Source: Candidatus Kapaibacterium sp.
GTDB taxonomy: Bacteria > Bacteroidota > Ignavibacteria > Kapaibacteriales > UBA2268
Assembly (NCBI GenBank): GCA_963665665.1
Contig: OY762428.1
Coordinates: forward strand, 480,001 to 544,000
DNA: 64,000 nucleotides
Direction of reading: 5' to 3'
Under the pieces are notes generated by a model. That model ran no database searches, was not told the origin of the DNA, and saw nothing but the letters and a program-made list of their open reading frames with translations. Below, piece after piece: positions 8,370-17,921 of this stretch. Both the position numbers and the translations under genes were made by a program. Numbering within the stretch: position 1 is the stretch's first letter; every line of letters starts with the position of its first letter.

Positions 8370-9161
8370 TTAAAACAACAACCTGATACCATTTACAAAT
8401 TCAAAATCATAATCCTTTTTATCAATTGGGGGCTGTTGGTCAAAACGATAGTGGATACTCATGTTGAATTTTATCACATCAGTTACTGAAAATTCAAGTA
8501 CATTGTCTGTTAAAATTCTTGAATCATCGAGATCATTGATATTAACCTGATAGTAAATCACAGTTTCGAAATGTATGTTTCGGTGCAATAACCATTTTAA
8601 AGACAGATAATTAGTGGAACGTATAAGCCTGGTATTACTATGTGTGTTTTTACTGTAATCCTCATGTTCATACATGGCTCCTATACCAACGTTGATGTGA
8701 ATAAGCGAAGTTGAATCATTTCCATAAGGCCTTTTTAAAATAAGCATTCTCAATCCTCCGCCGGCAAGCCATCGCAAATGAAGGTCCAGGAATCTGTTAA
8801 ATTCAACCTGACTAAATGCTTCCGGTAATAAAATATTATTATAATGCCATATTCCACGAAGGTGAATAAATCCCTTATTTGTTATAATTTCGTCGTTACC
8901 TTCTTTATATTCCAGATTACCACTTATAAAAGAATACATGGTAGAATCAAAATAATCCACCCTGACGCTGCTGGTAAACTTAGTATATTCAGTATTCCCG
9001 GAGTTAAAATCAAGCCCCAGATCAATCGCCGTATGAAAGCCGTCCTTCAATCCGCTTCTACGCAGTACTTCAGTATTTACCTGGGATAATAGTTCAATAC
9101 TACAAATGAAAAATAATACCAGGAGAGAAATTGAATTTATTAATACAGATTTTATTTTCAT
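8370..9161 (-). CDS. DUF481-like outer membrane beta-barrel protein
   Basis: Signal peptide, QVNTE start, SGNT motif, amphipathic strands and a C-terminal Phe. Confidence 0.75.
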   Translation of the reverse strand: MKIKSVLINSISLLVLFFICSIELLSQVNTEVLRRSGLKDGFHTAIDLGLDFNSGNTEYTKFTSSVRVDYFDSTMYSFISGNLEYKEGNDEIITNKGFIHLRGIWHYNNILLPEAFSQVEFNRFLDLHLRWLAGGGLRMLILKRPYGNDSTSLIHINVGIGAMYEHEDYSKNTHSNTRLIRSTNYLSLKWLLHRNIHFETVIYYQVNINDLDDSRILTDNVLEFSVTDVIKFNMSIHYRFDQQPPIDKKDYDFEFVNGIRLLF

Positions 9162-9185
9162 AATGATTACCCGCAGAATTGTAAT

Positions 9186-9410
9186 TTATTCATAAGTTCC
9201 CGTATGTACGAAAGCACTTTGCTTCATCCTAATCTTTAAGTTGTCTGAAGTACCAATTAGATTTCCACATTTGCAATAAATCTTGTTTCCCTTTCTTACG
9301 GTGTAGTCTTCAACAATCCTGGAATGCCAGCAACGCAAAACTCTTCCCGAACCTATCTTCCGATATTTCAGTAACTTCTTTTTACATTTACTGCATTTGA
9401 TCGTATACAT
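9186..9410 (-). CDS. Small zinc-ribbon hypothetical protein
   Basis: 74 aa, basic, with CxxC...CxCG. Confidence 0.7.
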   Translation of the reverse strand: MYTIKCSKCKKKLLKYRKIGSGRVLRCWHSRIVEDYTVRKGNKIYCKCGNLIGTSDNLKIRMKQSAFVHTGTYE

Positions 9411-9542
9411 TTAAAACTAAAAATTAAATTTTAATAATTTTTAGACTAAATCTAAGAAATAAAGGTCTGAATTAAAAATTTCAGCAATGTTTTTATTATT
9501 TTTGTAAAAATTTTTAATAATAATTTTTAAAAAGGGATTTAG

Positions 9543-10421
9543 ATGGAAACTGTACACTCAACAAAATTCGAGAACCTGAACTTAAAGCACCGCGGCAAAG
9601 TGCGTGATATATATGACCTTGGCGAATACCTTCTTTTTGTTGCCAGCGACAGGATTTCTGCATTCGATGTAATAATGAATGAGCCTGTGAACGGCAAAGG
9701 CGCTATACTTTCGGGTATATCCAAATTCTGGTTTGGTAAAACGCAGGATATCATTGCCAACCACTTCGTTACCGACGATGTGAATGAGTATCCTGATGAA
9801 TGCAAACCTTATGCTTCAGCTCTCGAAGGACGCTCAATGCTGGTGAAAAAATGCAAACCTCTTGCCGTTGAATTTATTGTTCGCGGCTACGTGGCAGGCT
9901 CGGGATGGAAAGAATACAAGAAAAGCGAGACAATATGCGGAATACCGCTTCCGGGTGGCCTTCAGGAATTTGAACAGCTTCCGGAACCGCTTTTCACACC
10001 ATCAACAAAGGCAGACGTAGGCCACGATGAGAATATTAATTTTGAACAGGCTGCTGAAATTCTTGGTCAGGAAACAGCAGAAAAACTCCGCGACGTTGCC
10101 CTGGATCTTTACAAATTCGGACGTGACTATATGAATGAGCATGGTATCATCCTGGCAGATACAAAATTTGAATTCGGCGAACTTGAAAATGGTGATATTA
10201 TACTTATCGACGAAGCATTAACTCCGGATTCTTCAAGATTCTGGCTAAAAGAAACCTACGCTCCGGGCAAACCACAGGTTCAGTTCGACAAGCAGGTACT
10301 GCGTGATTACCTTGAAACTCTTGATTGGGATAAAAATCCGCCGTCACCGGCTCTTCCCGATAAAGTTATTAATGATATCATTACCTCCTACAAAGAAGCC
10401 TATAATAGAATAGTAAAATAA
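9543..10421 (+). CDS. purC: SAICAR synthetase
   Basis: Motifs RGKVRDIY, SDRISAFD, VRGYVAGSGW, FTPSTKA, ADTKFEFG, DEALTPDSSRFW and FDKQVLRDYL. Confidence 0.98.
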   Translation: METVHSTKFENLNLKHRGKVRDIYDLGEYLLFVASDRISAFDVIMNEPVNGKGAILSGISKFWFGKTQDIIANHFVTDDVNEYPDECKPYASALEGRSMLVKKCKPLAVEFIVRGYVAGSGWKEYKKSETICGIPLPGGLQEFEQLPEPLFTPSTKADVGHDENINFEQAAEILGQETAEKLRDVALDLYKFGRDYMNEHGIILADTKFEFGELENGDIILIDEALTPDSSRFWLKETYAPGKPQVQFDKQVLRDYLETLDWDKNPPSPALPDKVINDIITSYKEAYNRIVK

Positions 10422-10440
10422 TTTTTTTGTTTTCAAATAT

Positions 10441-10471
10441 TTCATCCGATCACTCCAAGTGGTCGGATGAA
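10441..10471. terminator. Hairpin between convergent purC and the SBBP gene
   Basis: TTCATCCGATCACT-CCA-AGTGGTCGGATGAA. Confidence 0.75.
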
Positions 10472-10481
10472 TAGTGAAATA

Positions 10482-12833
10482 TCACTCCACAACTAATTTA
10501 AAATCAATAGTATTATCAGCGGTAGTCACTTTAATAAAATACGCGCCCGGTAATATCTCACCCGGTAATTTGTACTGAATATCCTGGCGTATGGCTCCGA
10601 AAAGAGATAGTTTTTCTTTCTTTATCGTTCTTCCGCTAAGGTCAATCAATTCAATTATTGTCTCACCGGCAAATTCATCATTCAAAGTCAAAGTAATCAA
10701 AGAGCCGGGATGAGCGGGATTAGGAAAAATATTTGCCTTAATGCCCTGGGTTTCTTCAACTGAAGTGCCCGGGTTGTATTCTATAGCACAAAGAAAGCCT
10801 GTTGATTTGCCGGGATAAATCCGGGAATCATAAGCATCTTTTAAATGGAAATCAGGACTTTCTGTTAACCCGCAATAATATACTCTGCCGAGGCTGTCAA
10901 TTGCCGTTCCCTGTAATTTCTGATAAGGCCATGAACCGCCAAAATAGGTGCAATAAAGGATTGAGTCAAGATTAGAGCTGACTATCATTGTAAACCCTCT
11001 ATGCTCGCCAATATCTTTTGACTCCATCCGTGTAAGTGCGTCCTTGCTGATTGTTAAATTACCCCACAGGCAATTTCCTGATATAATAAAATCGCCATTA
11101 GAAGTCTGGTTGAAATTATTATAATTAACATTAATTGCTCCTGTAAATGTAGCCGCTTTTTCAATTTTTCCTTTGGCCGAGTCAGTTTTTGCAATAAAGA
11201 ATCTAATGCTTCCTATACCATCAGAAGCGTCGTGAGCTCCGGGCGTAACAGGCAGTTTGCCTTCCTCGCATATACCGCCTATGTAATATGAATTATTTCC
11301 GCTAAATTGACATGCTAATGTAGCAATATTATATTCTGATTGATGATATGAAATTGTTTTTTTTGTTTTTAAATCTATTAAACTATAATATGATATTACG
11401 TCACTATTGTTAAAAAAATCATAACCTGTAATGCAAAGAATATCATTGCTGACAGAAAAATAAACGGGCCTTGAAGCTATACCTTCACCAAAATAAGTTG
11501 AAAATGATATATCGGATCCGTCTGAATTCATAATTATTATGCCTCCGTCAAAAACATTTTTACTTCCTGGTACAGTATCAATCTTCTTTTCTTTCCTGAT
11601 TGCATTTTCTGTTGGTATTATTTTTAAATCATCATAAATTGTAAAAATAATATAACAGTTGCCTTTTGAATCAATGTCAAAATGAGGAATACTCATATAT
11701 TTATGCGTTTCAGAAAATTCCCAGTAAGAACCGTGAAATAAGGAATCGCCATTTTTAGATAAATTGACCGAATAAAACCTGTAATCCTGCTCGTCAAAAT
11801 CAGGAGCGTCCATATAGGCATGTTCGCTTACAGGCATGCTGTCTCTGGATAAACCTAATAATTTATATGATCTATCTTCAAGATATGCAATTTTATTAAA
11901 TGCAAAGTTTCGAAAATGGCTTGTCCATAAGGGATATTGCCCGTCCCTGTTGAAACAACAAATAATTCCTTCCCCTCCATTACTGGTTTTGTTATATCTT
12001 CTAAGAGAATCCGGAAAATAATTTTTATTATTTAGGTACATTCCTATTACAGGATTATTTTCATTATTTATACATATTGATTCCATAAATGCATATTCGC
12101 CTCCGAGAAAAGTAGAAAAAACTGTCGGATCGATAATCAATTCTTTTGTTTCATCATAGTTACCAAGTTCAAATGTCAGGTGTTTACTATCACGTATAAC
12201 TGGCGCACATTCAACTGTCTGCAATAGATTCCCAGATTTTTGAAAAGCTTTCAGCGCCCCGTGCGTATATTCTTCATTACCTGAAACAACTTTGAAGCTG
12301 CCATTATCAGAATAATCAAGGATTCCGTCTCCTTTGAATTCAATTTTCAAATTACCCGGATTAGCGCCGGGAGGAAGGATTATATCATATCTCGGTTTGT
12401 GACTATCAATTGTCAGTTTCAGGCTGAAATCCTGGTAATTAACCGTTATTTCCCGATAGGATTTTACCCTTACCGCTTTATTGCTTCTATGATCATAAAA
12501 GTAATTATGAACAGTCGGTGTCTCACCATCAGTATTCAAGTTCAAAATTTTGCTACCATTCTTGCCTGATGAAAACGACAACATATAGGCGCAACCGCTT
12601 ATTGTATCAAGGGCATTTGATTCAAATTTACCGGGGCTTTTCAGCCCCGGTTTAATATTATAATGATCAAATACAAGCCCTTCCCCGGTTACCCATACAT
12701 TGATACCATCAGCAGAAGCTTTGGCCAATATGTTTTCCGGCCACTGCCCGGCGTTCGGAATAATGGATTCTTCGGAATAAACAAATCCGGCGGAAAGGAA
12801 TAAAATACAAAATATTATTAGCGTATTTTTCAT
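10482..12833 (-). CDS. T9SS-secreted SBBP (beta-propeller) repeat protein
   Basis: Motifs IPNAGQW, YDIILPPGANP, YDETKELIIDPTVFSTFLGG, repeated STYFG, GLTESPDF, and CTD IFPNP...LPGAYFIKV. Confidence 0.85.
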   Translation of the reverse strand: MKNTLIIFCILFLSAGFVYSEESIIPNAGQWPENILAKASADGINVWVTGEGLVFDHYNIKPGLKSPGKFESNALDTISGCAYMLSFSSGKNGSKILNLNTDGETPTVHNYFYDHRSNKAVRVKSYREITVNYQDFSLKLTIDSHKPRYDIILPPGANPGNLKIEFKGDGILDYSDNGSFKVVSGNEEYTHGALKAFQKSGNLLQTVECAPVIRDSKHLTFELGNYDETKELIIDPTVFSTFLGGEYAFMESICINNENNPVIGMYLNNKNYFPDSLRRYNKTSNGGEGIICCFNRDGQYPLWTSHFRNFAFNKIAYLEDRSYKLLGLSRDSMPVSEHAYMDAPDFDEQDYRFYSVNLSKNGDSLFHGSYWEFSETHKYMSIPHFDIDSKGNCYIIFTIYDDLKIIPTENAIRKEKKIDTVPGSKNVFDGGIIIMNSDGSDISFSTYFGEGIASRPVYFSVSNDILCITGYDFFNNSDVISYYSLIDLKTKKTISYHQSEYNIATLACQFSGNNSYYIGGICEEGKLPVTPGAHDASDGIGSIRFFIAKTDSAKGKIEKAATFTGAINVNYNNFNQTSNGDFIISGNCLWGNLTISKDALTRMESKDIGEHRGFTMIVSSNLDSILYCTYFGGSWPYQKLQGTAIDSLGRVYYCGLTESPDFHLKDAYDSRIYPGKSTGFLCAIEYNPGTSVEETQGIKANIFPNPAHPGSLITLTLNDEFAGETIIELIDLSGRTIKKEKLSLFGAIRQDIQYKLPGEILPGAYFIKVTTADNTIDFKLVVE

Positions 12834-12965
12834 TGTCTTACCTGTTTATTTGCAATTTCTGATTATTAATTTTTATAATATAACGAATTTATAAAGAAAA
12901 AGTAATGGTGGAACTTCGTTACCATTCAGTTTAACTTTGAAAATATGTAAAAACTGTATAAAGCG

Positions 12966-13075
12966 GTCATTCTGAGTGCCAGCGAAGAATCCATTCTTTG
13001 ATAATAATTTAAAAAAATTATGGATTCTTCAGTCGCTTCGCTCCTAAAGCCTGCCACGAGGTGTAGGGGAATGAC
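12966..13075. repeat. Palindromic REP/MITE-like element (GTCATTCTGAG...GAAGAATCC / GGATTCTTC...GAATGAC type)
   Basis: Nested inverted repeats: GTCATTC (12966) pairs with GAATGAC (13075), and GAAGAATCCAT pairs with ATGGATTCTTC. Confidence 0.65.
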
Positions 13076-13126
13076 ATTTTTAGATTTTCTCTTCAACATT
13101 TAAACCATCAGAGTGGTTACCCTATT

Positions 13127-13576
13127 TCAATTCTTAATATATGATTCGATAAAGTTACATAGCTGTGTCTTTTTTGCCTCGTTGTAATTTAGTTCAAAAA
13201 GAACATTCCCTCTACTATCAATTAATGCATACAAGGTTGCAGGCTTCAAATTAAGCTCTTTTCTTGAAATGTTTACTTCTTCCTTTACGCAGTGAGGCCA
13301 GTCTTGGGATTTGATAAAGTTTTTCTGTTCTTTCTTCCTGTCGCATAATATATAACCGCAAACTTCAACATTTTGATATTTCTTATTAACGCATTTAATA
13401 TCCTCATTTATGTATGCTATACAAGCCGGACAGTCGTGAATAGAGAATATGTAAATTAACTGATAATCATTTGCCTGATTGGATTTATTGTTTTGAGTAA
13501 ACAAACAGATAAAAGAAACCAAAAAAATAATTGAAGTCAATAGGAATGATTTAACAAAATTTGAGATACTTATCAT
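13127..13576 (-). CDS. Exported thioredoxin-fold (CxxC) protein
   Basis: N-terminal hydrophobic segment, IFSIHDCPAC, and a C-terminal LIDSRGNV strand typical of redoxins. ATG 13576 lies 1 bp after the upstream stop. Confidence 0.7.
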   Translation of the reverse strand: MISISNFVKSFLLTSIIFLVSFICLFTQNNKSNQANDYQLIYIFSIHDCPACIAYINEDIKCVNKKYQNVEVCGYILCDRKKEQKNFIKSQDWPHCVKEEVNISRKELNLKPATLYALIDSRGNVLFELNYNEAKKTQLCNFIESYIKN

Positions 13577-13577
13577 T

Positions 13578-14870
13578 TTAATAACTCCATTCATATTCTT
13601 CTATAATCCAATTTTCCGCATTTTTTCTGAATATTCTGATTTTATTATCAATTTTTGAATAATGGATGTATTCAATTTTACCATTTTCATTTTTATTGGA
13701 TATTTTAGTGTTTTGAACAATAAGACTTCCTTCCTTATTGTATAGTTGTAATATTGGTTGATTTTTGTCTTCATTTAATATGTAATGGTCAACATGTACA
13801 AGAATGTTATTGTTCTTTGTAACAAAAATTGATTTGGTAAATAAAGTAATTTCGTTTTTAAGCAAAGTATACATATAATCATACGAAGATCGTTCTTCTG
13901 ATTTAAGTTTTTCAATCTTTTCAAAAAGCTCGTTATTCGTTGAAGGCAAATTGGTAAGATCAAAATTCGTATCTGTTGATGCATTGAATATTTTATTTAA
14001 ATAAGGAAACAATATAAATACGTTTCCATTATCATCGATATCAACATTTACTGTATTGAGTAGTTTGTATTTCAATTTTGTTCTTTTATAAATTTCAGGT
14101 AGAGGGAGAATAATATCAATGAACTTGCCTTTACTATCATTTCTTCCTATTGCTATAAGCTCGTCTATCAGACTGTCCTGCATTGAATAAGGTGTTTCGT
14201 GTATTGAATAAATTTCCTTCTTCAATTTGTTATATTTTATTTTGTTTGCCTGTGCAAAGGAAGTTTGAATATCATCTGAACACCTTCGGCTGTTTAAAAC
14301 AAAACATTCATATTTTTTTGAGTTTTTATTTAAATAACTAATTAAAGGTACAGTTGTTTTTCTGGTAGTTCCCCACTTTGGGACTATGTTTCGTTGAGTT
14401 GAATCTTCACCATGTTTTTTTAACTCACATTTTGCTGAGACTTTTGAACATAGAAAAATGGTCGAATCATTTATAAATTCTCCATATGTATATCTGTTTT
14501 CAAAAAAGAAATGTGGGTCTTTTTTTCTCAATTTTTTTGGATCAATAAATTGATATTCTTTTCTAAAGTAACTTCCTTTTTGATATAAGGAATCACTTAA
14601 ATATTCTGGAGGCGATAAAATATCTATTAATCCAAAATAGTTTGATGTATATAAATAAATATTTTTACTAAAAATTGAACTTATCAAAAATAGTTCACCA
14701 TTATCAGAAAATGAACAGTTGTCAATCGAACTAATTGCAATATCATCTGGTTCCTGTAGGACTTCGTATCTTACTAATTTTAGTTTTAAATGTTTAGATT
14801 CGGTTTTTCCATTACAGTTTGTCGAAAAAAATAAAATAATGAAACTAAATAGAATTATTTTCAGATTCAT
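13578..14870 (-). CDS. Exported hypothetical protein, probably a beta-propeller (possible lipoprotein)
   Basis: 430 aa. The signal peptide ends FSTNC, and there are blade-like repeats (SFSDNGELFL, DIDDNGNVFI, FVTKNNNILV, LYNKEGSLI). Very AT-rich. Confidence 0.65.
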   Translation of the reverse strand: MNLKIILFSFIILFFSTNCNGKTESKHLKLKLVRYEVLQEPDDIAISSIDNCSFSDNGELFLISSIFSKNIYLYTSNYFGLIDILSPPEYLSDSLYQKGSYFRKEYQFIDPKKLRKKDPHFFFENRYTYGEFINDSTIFLCSKVSAKCELKKHGEDSTQRNIVPKWGTTRKTTVPLISYLNKNSKKYECFVLNSRRCSDDIQTSFAQANKIKYNKLKKEIYSIHETPYSMQDSLIDELIAIGRNDSKGKFIDIILPLPEIYKRTKLKYKLLNTVNVDIDDNGNVFILFPYLNKIFNASTDTNFDLTNLPSTNNELFEKIEKLKSEERSSYDYMYTLLKNEITLFTKSIFVTKNNNILVHVDHYILNEDKNQPILQLYNKEGSLIVQNTKISNKNENGKIEYIHYSKIDNKIRIFRKNAENWIIEEYEWSY

Positions 14871-14890
14871 TTCATTTCCTCTTAATATTG

Positions 14891-14920
14891 AAAAAAGCTC
14901 TCTAAAAATAAAGAGAGCTT
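14891..14920 (-). terminator. Intra-operon terminator/attenuator after the Cys-rich peptide gene
   Basis: Minus strand reads AAGCTCTCT-loop-AGAGAGCTT followed by TTTT. Confidence 0.6.
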
Positions 14921-14935
14921 AAATGAAATAAATAT

Positions 14936-15295
14936 TTAATGTAAAACTCTTGATTTAAAATAGTTATCGGTCGGATCAAGATATAATTCTTCGCAGCCGT
15001 CACTTGGGCTTGGTTGAAATGATTCCAAGTTGATTTCTATATACCATGACTCAACATCGCAATCATAGCCCCATGTAAAACAAGCATCATCCTGTTCTTT
15101 GCACCAGCAATAGGCTGAGGAATTATTATTGTAGATTGCATAATTTGTTGCTGGGCCATCCAGTTCACTTTCGCTATATTGCCCGCATCCCGGTGTAGCT
15201 CCACCGTTAAGATATTCCCGACATGGTGCGCTGTCGCTTATACTATAAGCTGATAGGAGGAGAACAAATCCCAAAAACAGAGATATTAATTTCAT
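14936..15295 (-). CDS. Small secreted Cys-rich acidic protein
   Basis: 119 aa with a Sec signal peptide and 7 Cys in the mature part; GGTG lies upstream of the ATG. Confidence 0.8.
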   Translation of the reverse strand: MKLISLFLGFVLLLSAYSISDSAPCREYLNGGATPGCGQYSESELDGPATNYAIYNNNSSAYCWCKEQDDACFTWGYDCDVESWYIEINLESFQPSPSDGCEELYLDPTDNYFKSRVLH

Positions 15296-15348
15296 AATAT
15301 CACCCGTATTATTTGTTGTAAAATAAATTAATTACGGTCTTAATGTAT

Positions 15349-15361
15349 AAAAAAAAAAAAA
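15349..15361. repeat. A13 homopolymer in the upstream region of the peptide operon
   Basis: Thirteen consecutive A residues read directly from the sequence. Confidence 0.9.
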
Positions 15362-15496
15362 TGATTAATCAAAGAAAATTATTGATTTTGTTAAAAATAC
15401 CAGAAAATACTTAGGTATAAATACGTATAATTTTTTTAATAAAGTATTAACCAGGCTAAGTTTAATAAAATGATAATTGATAACCTGTCTTGCTTT

Positions 15497-15513
15497 TTGG
15501 CAGAGTAATTGCA
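15497..15513 (+). promoter_or_regulatory. sigma54 (-24/-12) promoter of flhA
   Basis: TTGGCAGAGTAATTGCA has GG-N10-GC spacing matching the YTGGCACG-N4-TTGCW consensus, about 90 bp before the ATG. Confidence 0.75.
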
Positions 15514-15603
15514 ATACTACTGTCAGAAACAAGGACGAAATTATATAAAGTATTGAATGTATTGGGCATAGGAATATTAAAGCAAAAAACATGATGAGAA
15601 CAG

Positions 15604-17727
15604 ATGGCTAATAACAGACAGTTGAGCATATTTAGCAGCGGCCCTATGGCCAAAGCAAAGGATTTTCTGGAGCCTATAGCTTCAAAAAATAAGGATCTTG
15701 TTTTGGCTGCCGGTGTTATTTTAATACTTGCCCTGCTTATCATTCCCATACCGGCAATGATGCTCGACCTGTTCCTTGCTATGAATATTGCATTTTCCGT
15801 CCTTATTCTTCTTGTGGCTGTATATCTTATCAGCCCTCTGGAATTTTCCGCCTTTCCCTCAATATTGCTTATTGCCACATTGTTCCGGCTTGGCCTGAAC
15901 GTTGGCTCCACGCGATTAATACTCGGCGAGGCAGATGCCGGAGAGATTATTAATGCCTTCGGTTCCTTCGTGATAGGAGGGAACTACGTTGTTGGTATAA
16001 TTATATTCCTGATATTATTGATAATAAACTTTGTGGTTGTTATCAAGGGTTCTACACGTATTGCCGAGGTTGCAGCCAGGTTCACACTGGATGCCCTGCC
16101 CGGCAAGCAAATGTCTATTGATGCCGACCTGAACGCGGGATATATCGACGAGCAGGAAGCACGGCGCAGACGCGAGAACCTTACACGCGAATCAGATTTC
16201 TACGGTTCAATGGATGGTGCAGCCAAGTTTATCAAGGGTGATGCTATCGCGGGATTGATAATTGCCGGTATAAATATACTCGGCGGTTTTGCAATTGGTA
16301 TCCTGCAAAAGGGAATGCCAATAACAGATGCTTTATCCACTTATACTATACTGACAATTGGCGACGGACTTGTTTCGCAGATTCCTTCGCTGTTTATTTC
16401 AGTTGCAGGTGGTATGGTTGTAACACGTTCAGGCGCCAAGAATCAGCTCGATAAGGAATTACTTTCCCAGTTCGGTGCCCAGCCCAAGGCATTCGCTGTA
16501 GCTTCCGGAGCATTAGGGCTTATTGCCTTTCTCCCGGGATTCCCGATGGTTCCTTTTCTTGCTTTATCCGCTGCAGCAGGATCACTTGCATATTTCCGTA
16601 CCAAGATGATGAAACAGAAGGAAGAAGACCGAATCCGTAAGGAAATGACGGAGGCCGAGGATGCAAGAAAACCCGAAGAACAGCCTGTTGAAGAATTGCT
16701 GAAGGTTGACCCTGTTGAAATTGAGCTTGGTTACAGCCTGATAGCACTTGTGGATGAAACCCAGGGCGGTGATGTATTCAAGCGTATCACTAATGTCAGG
16801 CGTCAGCTTGCCACAGAGCTTGGTATTATCCTTCCGCCGGTCAGGGTTAGGGATAATCTGCAACTTGAAGCAGAAGATTATGTAATTAAAATTCGAGGAA
16901 TTGAAATTGCCCGCAACACTCTGCATCCGAATATGCTATTGGCCATGGATCCCGGAACTGCTGACGGAAAACTCCGGGGTATTGAAGTAACTGAGCCAGT
17001 CTTCGGACTTCCGGCTGTATGGATTAGTATGTCCGACCGGGAAAATGCAGAGATAATGGGATATACAGTTGTTGAAGCTCCTACTGTTCTTACAACACAC
17101 CTGACAGAACTCCTGCGAAGCAATTCAAATAAATTGATTACCAGGCAGGATATCAAACATCTGATAGAAAACCTGAAAGGTGATTACCCCGCGTTGATCG
17201 AAGAAATTACCCCTGAAAATCTCCCACAATCAACCATTCAGAAAGTTGTTCAGAATCTTTTGAAGGAATCAATCCCGGTAAGGGATCTGCCAATAATTAT
17301 CGAATCATTGCTTGAATATTACAAAATAACAACCAATGTGGATGTGCTTACCGAGTATGTCCGCCATGGATTATCGGAAACACTACGAAAATTATACGAA
17401 GACAATAACGGTGTAATTCATGCCATTGGTATGGATCCGCAATTGGAACAGGAAATGACAAATGCCCTGCAGAAAAGTAACAGTGCAAATATCAGCCCTA
17501 CAATGGGCCTTCCTCCGGCTGTTGTTAATAATGTTCAGCAAAGTGTTTCGAATGCTATTGATGAGATTACCATGCTCGGTTATATGCCCGTTGTATTGTG
17601 TGCGGCCCAGGTACGCCCCTATTTTTACAGGATGATACACACCGCATTCCCAATGGTGTCAGTTGTCAGCTATACCGAACTACCTGCCGACACTGAAATT
17701 GAAATTCACGCGCAGATCAGTATTTAG
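15604..17727 (+). CDS. flhA: Flagellar export gate protein FlhA
   Basis: FHIPEP motif RIAEVAARFTLDALPGKQMSIDADL, FYGSMDGAAKF, and flagellar-type ELGYSLIALVDETQGGD. Confidence 0.95.
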   Translation: MANNRQLSIFSSGPMAKAKDFLEPIASKNKDLVLAAGVILILALLIIPIPAMMLDLFLAMNIAFSVLILLVAVYLISPLEFSAFPSILLIATLFRLGLNVGSTRLILGEADAGEIINAFGSFVIGGNYVVGIIIFLILLIINFVVVIKGSTRIAEVAARFTLDALPGKQMSIDADLNAGYIDEQEARRRRENLTRESDFYGSMDGAAKFIKGDAIAGLIIAGINILGGFAIGILQKGMPITDALSTYTILTIGDGLVSQIPSLFISVAGGMVVTRSGAKNQLDKELLSQFGAQPKAFAVASGALGLIAFLPGFPMVPFLALSAAAGSLAYFRTKMMKQKEEDRIRKEMTEAEDARKPEEQPVEELLKVDPVEIELGYSLIALVDETQGGDVFKRITNVRRQLATELGIILPPVRVRDNLQLEAEDYVIKIRGIEIARNTLHPNMLLAMDPGTADGKLRGIEVTEPVFGLPAVWISMSDRENAEIMGYTVVEAPTVLTTHLTELLRSNSNKLITRQDIKHLIENLKGDYPALIEEITPENLPQSTIQKVVQNLLKESIPVRDLPIIIESLLEYYKITTNVDVLTEYVRHGLSETLRKLYEDNNGVIHAIGMDPQLEQEMTNALQKSNSANISPTMGLPPAVVNNVQQSVSNAIDEITMLGYMPVVLCAAQVRPYFYRMIHTAFPMVSVVSYTELPADTEIEIHAQISI

Positions 17728-17731
17728 GTTT

Positions 17732-17783
17732 ATTAAATTGCTTAAATTGTCAGGATTTCATGTTCATTAAGCAATTTAATTTT
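17732..17783 (+). terminator. 14-bp perfect inverted repeat directly after flhA
   Basis: ATTAAATTGCTTAA-N21-TTAAGCAATTTAAT followed by TTT. Confidence 0.55.
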
Positions 17784-17921
17784 ATATTCTCAATCAAATG
17801 GTTCCAATTGTCGAAACAGGCTAATAAAAAATTAATAAAAAAACATTTCTGGATTTTTAGATCAATGATAACTATCTTTGCTATTTGGAATCTTACACAT
17901 ATTGTGATTATATAATTTAGT

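Noticed and set aside
15604-17727. Injectisome SctV of a virulence type III secretion system
   Set aside because: The cytoplasmic-domain motifs look flagellar, and no other sct genes are nearby.
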